DNA of 53,692 nt. Origin: an uncultured Verrucomicrobiales bacterium (GTDB lineage: Bacteria; Verrucomicrobiota; Verrucomicrobiia; Limisphaerales; UBA1100). The notes below the pieces were generated by a model. The model was not told where the DNA came from and did no database searches. It saw nothing but the letters and a program-made list of their open reading frames with translations. Both the position numbers and the translations under genes were made by a program. The stretch's first letter is position 1. Each line of letters starts with the position of its first letter. Where the stretch lies: positions 1 through 53,692 of the forward strand of contig CAJWMQ010000002.1 in NCBI GenBank assembly GCA_913042895.1. Reading direction: 5' to 3'. This document shows, in pieces, positions 8,589-16,500 of this stretch.

Positions 8589-10742
8589 TTAATCGAGCTT
8601 GTACTTATCGAACACCCGAATGGACGCTGCCCCGGAAGCTTTGCCATCCTCCATCGCCTTGAGCGTACGGGCCTTTTCGTCCGAATCGATCCAGTGGATG
8701 TGGAATTCGAACGGCTCGCGACTCTCGCGTACGTTGTAATCCTTGGGATATTTCACCCAACGCCATTGGCCCACGCGATACCACGGGCGCACCCAACCGG
8801 GCACATAGGCGCCGTGATCGTGAATTTTCTGGATCAACGTATGCGACAATTGCGTGATCTCCTTGAGGTCTTCGCTTTCCCGATAGCGTTCGATCAACCC
8901 GTCAATTTCGTGATCGGCCATAAGGGTAAAGCTGTTGGTTACCGGCTTGGGCGTCAGGCCCAGCTTGAGTTTGCCATTGGCATCGTAGCGATCTGCCTTG
9001 TCTTCCTTGTAGGCGTTGTCCGAGTGGTAGGGTTCCCAGAAGCGAGGGTACATCTCCACGGAGGTGTTCAGCGCACCCAGCATCATCTCGTGCTTTTTCT
9101 CACTGATTTTTTTCCAAGCCGCCGTGCGTTCCATCACTTCCACTTGTAGCTCCACCCCAGCCTTCTTGGCTTCCTCCTTAAGAACAGTCATCACGCCGGC
9201 TTCATCCAGTCGCTTGTATGGCGTGGTAAAGACAAACGACAGTCGTTTGCCGGCGGGTGTTCTTAGGATGCCGTCCGGCCCCAGCTCGGTGTAGCCGGCC
9301 TTGGCGAACTGTTCCTTAGCTTTTTCCACCGAGAATGCGCGAGCCTTGAGGTTTGGGTGACTACGAGGTCCGTAACCATCGGCCACCGTCCGCATTCGTT
9401 CGTAGTCGTTACGGAAACATTTTTCGATGACGGCAGAAAAGTTTAGGGCATAGTTCATGCCCACCCGAATATCCTGATTCGATAAAACCGGATGATTTGA
9501 ATTCAACCGCACCGCCCAAGTCGGCCGGGGCACATCGTTGTGAAATTGAATCTTCTCCACATGCCCGTTCTTCACGAGCTCGTGGTCGTCCGGCAATTTC
9601 TCATACCAATATTCCGGCAAGGCCAAACCGTGCCAGTCGAGGTCGCCTTTCAGGAACAATTCAAACACCTTGGCCGGCTCCCGCACCACGGTCACCTTAA
9701 TGGCATCGGGGTTAAACCGGTTCCGGAAAAAGCGCTTCTTGTCCGCCCACCAACCAGGCACGCGGGTGAGCGTGACGGATTCGCCGGACTTCACATTATC
9801 TGTTTTCACCTCATAAGCGCCCAATGTCGGTTCAAATTTGAACTGAAAATCCTCCACATATTGTTCGTCCAGCTCGCCATAAAAATGTTCCGGCACCGGC
9901 CGCAAGCCAGCGATCTTTTCAATAACATCCGGCTTGGCCTTATAAAAACGAATCGAAAGCGTCTGCTCATCATAGATCGTCACGTTTTCAAATTTCTCAT
10001 CACTGAAATAATCATTATACCATGGCGCTTGAATGTGTTTACTGCGCATCATGTAGAGACCAAAGAAGAAGTCCGTCACTTTGAGCGGCTTGCCATCCGA
10101 ATAACGCGCATCAGGATCGATCCGGAAAAACACCGTGCGCCCGTCCGGCCCATAGGCCCATTCCTTGGCCAGGCCAGGATAATATCCATCGCCATTCGGG
10201 TGCGGCATCACCAGATACACCGCGTTGTAATCGAGCATATAACTCCGAAACGCCCCATTGGCGTCCGGCCCCACAAACCGAAGTGTGCGCGGGTAGTCCG
10301 ACGTGTATTCCATGAATGTGCCTCCCCGCTTGGCCTCGGGACTGGCAAACTCCTCCAACTCAGCTCCCGTCACCCATTCCAGTCCCGACGGCAAATCGCC
10401 GGGTTGAGCCACTGTGAAACCATCGGGATTGGCCTCGTAAAACTCCATAACGTCCGGCGCGCTGTTCAGCGTCACGGCGCGGCCCACAGGCGGCGTGGGC
10501 ACAACCGGCACCGTTTGACCCGTTCCTCCATTGGCCACCGTCACGTTTTGCCGTTTCAATTCCGCGGCAAATTCCTGCGCAAAAACCTGCGCCATTTGCC
10601 GCACATGATCTTCACTCATCGCCGCAGCCGCCGCCGGTTTGTCGTCGCCTGTGGAGGCCGGTTTCTTTAACTGCTTTTGATTGCACCCCCCCGCCCAAAT
10701 CAAGGCGGCGGTCAGAAGGAATCCTGTCAGTTTTGTTTTCAT
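8589..10742 (-). CDS. yejA: ABC transporter substrate-binding lipoprotein, family 5 (YejA/OppA-like)
   Basis: Signal peptide with lipobox [20 protein letters not shown]. The large SBP_bac_5-like body sits in an operon with YejB/YejE-type permeases. Start at the ATG at 10742, adjacent to the yejE stop. Confidence 0.8.
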   Translation of the reverse strand: MKTKLTGFLLTAALIWAGGCNQKQLKKPASTGDDKPAAAAAMSEDHVRQMAQVFAQEFAAELKRQNVTVANGGTGQTVPVVPTPPVGRAVTLNSAPDVMEFYEANPDGFTVAQPGDLPSGLEWVTGAELEEFASPEAKRGGTFMEYTSDYPRTLRFVGPDANGAFRSYMLDYNAVYLVMPHPNGDGYYPGLAKEWAYGPDGRTVFFRIDPDARYSDGKPLKVTDFFFGLYMMRSKHIQAPWYNDYFSDEKFENVTIYDEQTLSIRFYKAKPDVIEKIAGLRPVPEHFYGELDEQYVEDFQFKFEPTLGAYEVKTDNVKSGESVTLTRVPGWWADKKRFFRNRFNPDAIKVTVVREPAKVFELFLKGDLDWHGLALPEYWYEKLPDDHELVKNGHVEKIQFHNDVPRPTWAVRLNSNHPVLSNQDIRVGMNYALNFSAVIEKCFRNDYERMRTVADGYGPRSHPNLKARAFSVEKAKEQFAKAGYTELGPDGILRTPAGKRLSFVFTTPYKRLDEAGVMTVLKEEAKKAGVELQVEVMERTAAWKKISEKKHEMMLGALNTSVEMYPRFWEPYHSDNAYKEDKADRYDANGKLKLGLTPKPVTNSFTLMADHEIDGLIERYRESEDLKEITQLSHTLIQKIHDHGAYVPGWVRPWYRVGQWRWVKYPKDYNVRESREPFEFHIHWIDSDEKARTLKAMEDGKASGAASIRVFDKYKLD

Positions 10743-10743
10743 G

Positions 10744-12090
10744 TTATTCGTAGGTTGTAAATTTTTTGGGATCAAAGGCTTCCCGCACGGCTTCGCCGAT
10801 AAACGTCACCAGCGTCAACACCATGACCATCGCTGTAAAGGCGGACAACACGATCCACGGTGCATGCAGGTTCGCCACGCCTTGTTGCAACATCCGCCCC
10901 CAACTGGGCGTACCGGATGGCAGTCCAAACCCGAGGTAATCCAGTGCCGTGATCGATATGATCGCGGTGGCGACGGTGAAAGGCATGAATGTCACTATCG
11001 TGGAAATTGTGTTGGGCAGCAAGTGATTAAAGATGATGCGCGGGGTGCTGGCGCCGAGCATCTGCGCGGCCGCCACATAGTCACGTGATTTTTCACGCAG
11101 AATGGATGTGCGCATGTAATACGTCATGCTCGTCCAGCTAAAGAGCACCATGATGATCAGTAGCACCAAAATCTTGAACCATGCGGGTAATTTAAAAGGC
11201 AGGTCACTGATAGCCGCCACCGCAATGATGACCATGTAAAGGAACGGAATATTCTGCCACACCTCCACGGCTCGTTGCCCCAGCAAATCCACCCAACTCC
11301 CGTAGTACCCCATCAGACAACCAATCACGACGCCGATCAAATACACCACCAAGGTAAACATCAGAGCAAAGATCAGCGTGATGCGGAATCCATAAAACAG
11401 GCGGGCAAAAATATCCTGCCCGATCGGATCTGTTCCCAAAAAATGGCGCGCCTCGAAATTAGGCGGCGACGGATGCTGCGTACCGTCGCCTATCCGGCGC
11501 GTTTCCTCCGGACTATACGGCACCAACGGCATGACCACCGTCCCCTTGCCCGTGGATTGGAATTGCGCCTTCAACTCACGGTAATTCACTTCGTAACTGT
11601 ACTCCTGGCCTTCCGCATCCGTTAGGATTCCGAAATCCAAGCCTGTGTGCGATGCGGCAAACGGGAGGGCCGGAAAATAGGTCTGCCCTTCATGCACCAC
11701 AACCAGAGCCCGGTTGTTGACGAAAAACTGACCTAACAAGGAAATTGAAAACGCGCCCGCTAACAGGATCAGCGACCAGTATCCACGTTTGATTCCATAA
11801 AACCGCTTTAGCTTGCGCAAAGTCTGCGGATTAAACCGCAAGGTGGCGCAGCATCCACCTCCCAATAACGCGCCCGCAGCCCCGACATACAGGAATCCTT
11901 GTTTTACTCCATTGATAAACCCCGCTCCGGTCTCAGCGGTGGTCAGGAAAAATTGTCCGTAAAGACCCCCCAGCAAACCGCCCAATAATCCACCGAATGC
12001 AAAGCCTACTATCAGCCCTACCAGAACCCACACGACGACCTCCCAAATGGGGCGCGCAGGCGAAGCAGTACTGGTATTATCTTCAATCAT
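10744..12090 (-). CDS. yejE: ABC transporter permease, YejE/OppC type, with N-terminal TM extension
   Basis: Similar to E. coli YejE from KRGYWSLILL onward (HPSPPNF..HFLGTD, GYYGSWVDLLGQR, LDYLGFGLP, GEAVREAFDP). There are about 85 extra N-terminal residues. Confidence 0.85.
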   Translation of the reverse strand: MIEDNTSTASPARPIWEVVVWVLVGLIVGFAFGGLLGGLLGGLYGQFFLTTAETGAGFINGVKQGFLYVGAAGALLGGGCCATLRFNPQTLRKLKRFYGIKRGYWSLILLAGAFSISLLGQFFVNNRALVVVHEGQTYFPALPFAASHTGLDFGILTDAEGQEYSYEVNYRELKAQFQSTGKGTVVMPLVPYSPEETRRIGDGTQHPSPPNFEARHFLGTDPIGQDIFARLFYGFRITLIFALMFTLVVYLIGVVIGCLMGYYGSWVDLLGQRAVEVWQNIPFLYMVIIAVAAISDLPFKLPAWFKILVLLIIMVLFSWTSMTYYMRTSILREKSRDYVAAAQMLGASTPRIIFNHLLPNTISTIVTFMPFTVATAIISITALDYLGFGLPSGTPSWGRMLQQGVANLHAPWIVLSAFTAMVMVLTLVTFIGEAVREAFDPKKFTTYE

Positions 12091-13748
12091 CAGTTAAATC
12101 GAACCCGCGGATCCACCAAGGCCACGAGAATATCCGATATGATATTGCCCAAGAGCATCAAGGTGGCGGACAATAAAAAAATTCCCATTACCACCGGAAT
12201 ATCACGGTCCAAAACGGACTTAAATCCCAACAACCCAAAGCCATTGATATCAAATATGGTTTCAATCAGAAAACTGCCGGCTACAAACAACGTGATCTGA
12301 TGTCCAATGTTGGTCGCCAATGGTATCAAAGAATTTCGCAATGCATGTCGTCGTACGGCCTGTGAAAACGGTACCCCTTTCGCGATGGCTGTACGCATGT
12401 AATCCGATGAGAGATTGTCCATGAGATGGTTTTTCATGAGCATGGTCACAAACGCAAAGCTGCCGACGAGGTAACACAACAATGGCAACACCGCATGCCA
12501 CGCCAGATCCAAGGCCCGTCCCGACGGGCTTGTATGGCGATGCAATTCCACCTTCGCCGCATTGGCCTGCAGCGTCACAGGTTTACCGCCTGATTCGGGC
12601 AGCAGCTCAAAGGTGTCAGCATCCTTTACCGCCACCACATAAGCCGCATCCTTTTCCAACACCGGCTCGGCCGCCGGCACCGTTCCTTCCAGCCAAACCT
12701 CCTGCCCATCCCGAAGACCGTGCCGTTCGGCAGTCCATTCACTGGTTCCGGCCATCACACTGACATTTTCGATCGGCGTACTCTCGTAATTGGGTCCGGT
12801 AAAACCGCCCGTGGGAAACCATTCCCAGCGCGCCGCCAGAAACACCATCATCAAGGCTCCCAACACATAGCCCGGAACGGCATAACCCATAAAGATAAAA
12901 ACCGACGATCCGTTGTCGAACCAGGTATTGTGCTTCATCGCCTTAGCAATCCCCAGCGGCACACATACGAGAAAGGTGAAAAAGAACGTCAACAATCCGT
13001 AGAATGTAGAGACCGGAAGACGCTCCAACATGACATCCAAGACCGGCTCCCCATGCCGGAAGGATTTACCCAGATCACCTTGCAGCACTCCGGCATACCG
13101 TGTGCGGTATAGCTCCGCACGCGGAACCTTTGGCGTTTCTTCTCCCGATTCCACCAGCCGCACTTTCCAATCGACCATTGTTTCATCGGCGTTGACGATT
13201 TGTGGCTGGCCATCGACCAACTGAACCAACACCCGTTCCCTAGCCCGTTCAATGAAGGCCGACTCGGCTTCCGCCTCCCACCCGTCAATCCGGCCATCTC
13301 GGTTTGTGTCCAGTTGATCAAACTTCACATAACCGGCCACACTCTTGGGTACTTCAGTTGCCTGCACAAAACCGTCCCCATTCCAATCCAGTACAGCCAC
13401 ATGAAAGGCTGGCACCCGCATACGAACTGTCAGCTCGATTTTATCATCCACAAAATCGACATCCCGCCGATTAAGTTCCCGTGGCATCAAACCTAGCCAA
13501 ATCAGATAAGCTTCATGGATCGGTTTATCGTATCCATAGAGCTCCTTCATTTGTTCAAGTTGCTCTTCGCTAAGTGCAGCGCCTTCGGAACGGCCGCCGC
13601 CACCTTCCATGGAAATCATCTGCGCCTCCATCATTGCCTGTTCCATGGGGCCGCCGGGAGCGATGCGGGTCACCCCGAAGACGATCATGGTGATCACCAA
13701 CAGCGTGGGAATGAGCAGCAGAAAGCGCCTGATGAAATAGTCCCGCAT
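12090..13748 (-). CDS. yejB: ABC transporter permease, YejB/OppB type, with two large loop insertions
   Basis: MRDYFIRRFLLLIPT, IAPGGP, ELYGYDKPIHEAYL, MRTAIAKGV and LVDPRVRF match YejB. Start at the ATG at 13748 (the ORF extends to 13799). TGATG overlap with the yejE start. Confidence 0.85.
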   Translation of the reverse strand: MRDYFIRRFLLLIPTLLVITMIVFGVTRIAPGGPMEQAMMEAQMISMEGGGGRSEGAALSEEQLEQMKELYGYDKPIHEAYLIWLGLMPRELNRRDVDFVDDKIELTVRMRVPAFHVAVLDWNGDGFVQATEVPKSVAGYVKFDQLDTNRDGRIDGWEAEAESAFIERARERVLVQLVDGQPQIVNADETMVDWKVRLVESGEETPKVPRAELYRTRYAGVLQGDLGKSFRHGEPVLDVMLERLPVSTFYGLLTFFFTFLVCVPLGIAKAMKHNTWFDNGSSVFIFMGYAVPGYVLGALMMVFLAARWEWFPTGGFTGPNYESTPIENVSVMAGTSEWTAERHGLRDGQEVWLEGTVPAAEPVLEKDAAYVVAVKDADTFELLPESGGKPVTLQANAAKVELHRHTSPSGRALDLAWHAVLPLLCYLVGSFAFVTMLMKNHLMDNLSSDYMRTAIAKGVPFSQAVRRHALRNSLIPLATNIGHQITLFVAGSFLIETIFDINGFGLLGFKSVLDRDIPVVMGIFLLSATLMLLGNIISDILVALVDPRVRFN

Positions 13749-13851
13749 ACCTCGTCGCAGGCGACAGCGTGGCCAAAGCCATGACGCTTTGCCAGTCAAA
13801 ACGAATCAATCGCATGGACATGACGCTGGCTTTTGCGCACTCTCTGCGGAG

Positions 13852-14697
13852 ATGACACACCTCACGCTTGGCCATTCTCCTGACCCGGACGATGCCTTTA
13901 TGTTTTATGCGCTGGCAAAGAATCTAATTGATCCGCGCGGGTACGCCTTTGAGCACATTTTGCAGGATATCCAGACGCTCAACGAACGCGCCACGCGCGG
14001 CGAGCTGGATATCAGCGCCATCAGCATTCACGCCTACGCTTATGTGAGCGATCAGTACGCCCTGTTGCCCAGCGGGGCGAGTATGGGCGACGGATACGGT
14101 CCGATGCTGGTAGCCAAGGAGCATTATTCGACAGAGGAAATCGCCGGCAAAAAGATTGCCGTGCCCGGTGAAATGACCAGTGCGTTTCTGGCGCTGCAGT
14201 TGTGGCTCGGTCGGCCGAAAACGGAGATTGATTATGTGGTGGTGCCGTTTGATGAGATCTTTGCCACGGTCAAGGCTGGGCAAGCCGATGTGGGCCTGAT
14301 CATTCATGAAGGCCAATTAACTTTTGAAAATGAAGGGCTCGTGTGCTGCATGAATCTCGGCGTGTGGTGGGGTGAGGAAAACGACGGTCTTCCCCTACCC
14401 CTTGGCGGCAACGTGATCCACAAACGCATCGCCGAAGCGGAGCGCAAGGTGGTGAGTGATCTACTTACCGAGAGCATTCAATACAGTCTCGACCATCGGC
14501 CTGAGGCCGTGGAACACGCGCTCCAATACGCACGCGATATGGGTGTGGAATTGGCGGATCAATTCGTGGGCATGTACGTAAACCATTGGACTCTCGATTA
14601 CGGCGACAACGGGCGCGATACTATCACGCGTTTCCTTGGACGCGCCCATGAAGCCGGCTTAATTCCGCACCGGCAAGAATTGGAATTTGTGTCGTAA
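13852..14697 (+). CDS. MqnA/MqnD-family protein (futalosine-pathway menaquinone biosynthesis family, MqnD-like)
   Basis: LTLGHSPDPDDAFMFYAL...QTLNERATRGELDISAISIHAY resembles the SPCPND..F.F.AL N-terminus of the PF02621 family. The ATG at 13852 is preferred. Confidence 0.65.
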   Translation: MTHLTLGHSPDPDDAFMFYALAKNLIDPRGYAFEHILQDIQTLNERATRGELDISAISIHAYAYVSDQYALLPSGASMGDGYGPMLVAKEHYSTEEIAGKKIAVPGEMTSAFLALQLWLGRPKTEIDYVVVPFDEIFATVKAGQADVGLIIHEGQLTFENEGLVCCMNLGVWWGEENDGLPLPLGGNVIHKRIAEAERKVVSDLLTESIQYSLDHRPEAVEHALQYARDMGVELADQFVGMYVNHWTLDYGDNGRDTITRFLGRAHEAGLIPHRQELEFVS

Positions 14698-15884
14698 TGA
14701 AATACCGACGTTTTGGAAAAACGGAATTAGAGATGCCCGTGTTCTCCTGTGGAGGCATGCGTTATCAGCACAAGTGGAGCGACATCGAATGGAGCGAGGT
14801 GCCCGATGAAGGCCAGAGAAACCTCGAGGCCACGATCCATCGCTCGGTAGAATTGGGCATCAACCACATCGAGACGGCGCGTGGCTACGGCAGCTCCGAA
14901 ATGCAGCTGGGCCCCGTGCTCAAGCAGTTCCCGCGGGAGAAACTGATCGTGCAAACCAAGGTGGCGCCCTTTGCCACGACCAAGGAATTCCTCGACACGT
15001 TCAACACCTCGATGGATTACCTGCAACTGGACCACGTGGAATTGCTTTCGCTGCACGGAATCAATAATCAGGAACTGCTCGACTGGTCATTGGGCGAGAA
15101 AGGCTGTCTGGCCGCCGCACGCCAGCTACAAAAGGAAGGTCGCTGCCGGCACGTCGGCTTCTCAACCCACGCCACTACGGATATCATCCTGAAAGCCATC
15201 GAGAGCGACGGATTCGATTACGTCAACCTCCATTGGTATTTCGTCAACGACCTCAACTGGTCAGCGGTAGAGGCCGCCGCCGCGCGCGACATGGGCGTGT
15301 TCATCATCAGCCCCAACGACAAAGGCGGCAAGCTCTACGCCCCGCCACCCAAGCTCACCGAGCTATGCGCCCCGCTGCATCCCATGCAGTTCAACGCACT
15401 ATACTGCTTGAACCGTCCCGAGGTGCACACCCTCAGCTGCGGCGCCGCGCAGCCCGGCGATTTCGACTGCCATCTCGAAACGCTCGAACACTACGACAAC
15501 ATCGGCCCCACCATCGCCGAGATCGAGCAACGGCTCCGCCTGGAAATGGACAACGTGCTCGGAGCGGACTGGTGCGCTCACTGGCCCGAAGGCCTGCCGC
15601 ATTACGTGGATGTGCCCGGCGGGGTAAACATTTCCGAGATCCTGCGCCTCTGGACCTACGCCAAGAGCCTCGACCTCGTGGACTGGGGCAAGATGCGCTA
15701 CAACCTCCTCGGCCAAGCCGACCACTGGTTCCCCGGCGAACACGTCGCCAAACTGGATATGGAGATGGCCATGGGCGTGCTCAGCAACAGCCCATTTGCC
15801 GAACGGATTCCGGAAATCCTTCAAGAAGCCCACTACATGCTCCATGATCAGGAACAGAAGCGGTTAAGTGAGTCGGAAAATTGA
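14697..15884 (+). CDS. Aldo/keto reductase family oxidoreductase (long form, 395 aa)
   Basis: MKYRRFGKTELEMPVFSCGGMR, GINHIETARGYGSSE and LLSLHG are AKR motifs. TAATG overlap with the upstream stop. Confidence 0.85.
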   Translation: MKYRRFGKTELEMPVFSCGGMRYQHKWSDIEWSEVPDEGQRNLEATIHRSVELGINHIETARGYGSSEMQLGPVLKQFPREKLIVQTKVAPFATTKEFLDTFNTSMDYLQLDHVELLSLHGINNQELLDWSLGEKGCLAAARQLQKEGRCRHVGFSTHATTDIILKAIESDGFDYVNLHWYFVNDLNWSAVEAAAARDMGVFIISPNDKGGKLYAPPPKLTELCAPLHPMQFNALYCLNRPEVHTLSCGAAQPGDFDCHLETLEHYDNIGPTIAEIEQRLRLEMDNVLGADWCAHWPEGLPHYVDVPGGVNISEILRLWTYAKSLDLVDWGKMRYNLLGQADHWFPGEHVAKLDMEMAMGVLSNSPFAERIPEILQEAHYMLHDQEQKRLSESEN

Positions 15885-15890
15885 GGTTCT

Positions 15891-16490
15891 CTATTTGTCT
15901 TTATTGGCTCCGCTGCCTTTCTTGGGGTCGCTCAGGTTGAGCTGGCGCAAGACTTCTTCCGTCAGATCATTTTCGCCATCAGTAAAAATCACAATCGGCG
16001 CAATGGCCGCTGATCGGGCTGCCGCGTCAAGCACGAGGTTAAGTTTTCGCTTTTTGGCCTCGTTTGAAACGATTTGCTGAATCTCCTCCATTATTTGATC
16101 GCGCTGCTTGCGCATATCCAACTCGAGATCCTTACGAGTACGCTCACGAAATCCTTGAATGGCATCCTGCATTTGCTGCAGTTCCTTTTGTTTAGTCTGC
16201 ACTTGTTGCTGGCGCTTGGAGCGCTCGGCAGCCGCCAGGCGGGGATCTTGCATAGCTTTGATCATATTCCCCAACACAGTGCCTTCCTTGCGTAACGATT
16301 CCTCCAGTTTTTTGATGCGATCGAGCGCTTCTTCCTGTTTGGTTTTCAGCTTTTTGTTTTCAACATCGGTCCTCCAATAGCCGTTATAAACTTTCTCCAA
16401 ACTGATCACCCCAATGGCCGTGGCAGCATTCAGGTTGTGGCTGAGGTTTAGGCCTACGGCCAAAAACAACATTATCAATACGCGTTTCAT
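15891..16490 (-). CDS. skp: OmpH/Skp-family periplasmic chaperone
   Basis: Signal peptide MKRVLIMLFLAVGLNL, a long K/E/Q-rich coiled region, and a position immediately downstream of bamA. GGAGAG Shine-Dalgarno before the ATG at 16490. Confidence 0.8.
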   Translation of the reverse strand: MKRVLIMLFLAVGLNLSHNLNAATAIGVISLEKVYNGYWRTDVENKKLKTKQEEALDRIKKLEESLRKEGTVLGNMIKAMQDPRLAAAERSKRQQQVQTKQKELQQMQDAIQGFRERTRKDLELDMRKQRDQIMEEIQQIVSNEAKKRKLNLVLDAAARSAAIAPIVIFTDGENDLTEEVLRQLNLSDPKKGSGANKDK

Positions 16491-16500
16491 AATCACTCTC

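Noticed and set aside
9540-10670. A 376-aa ORF on the plus strand, opposite the substrate-binding protein gene.
   Set aside because: It is entirely antisense to a well-supported SBP gene. Its translation is Arg/His/Leu/Pro-rich with no motifs, as expected from stop-poor antisense frames of GC-rich coding DNA.
15233-15847. A 204-aa Arg/Pro/Ala-rich ORF in an alternative frame within the aldo/keto reductase gene (plus an antisense 148-aa ORF at 15399-15845).
   Set aside because: It is a same-locus frame artefact. The AKR frame carries the family motifs, while the alternative frames are low-complexity.
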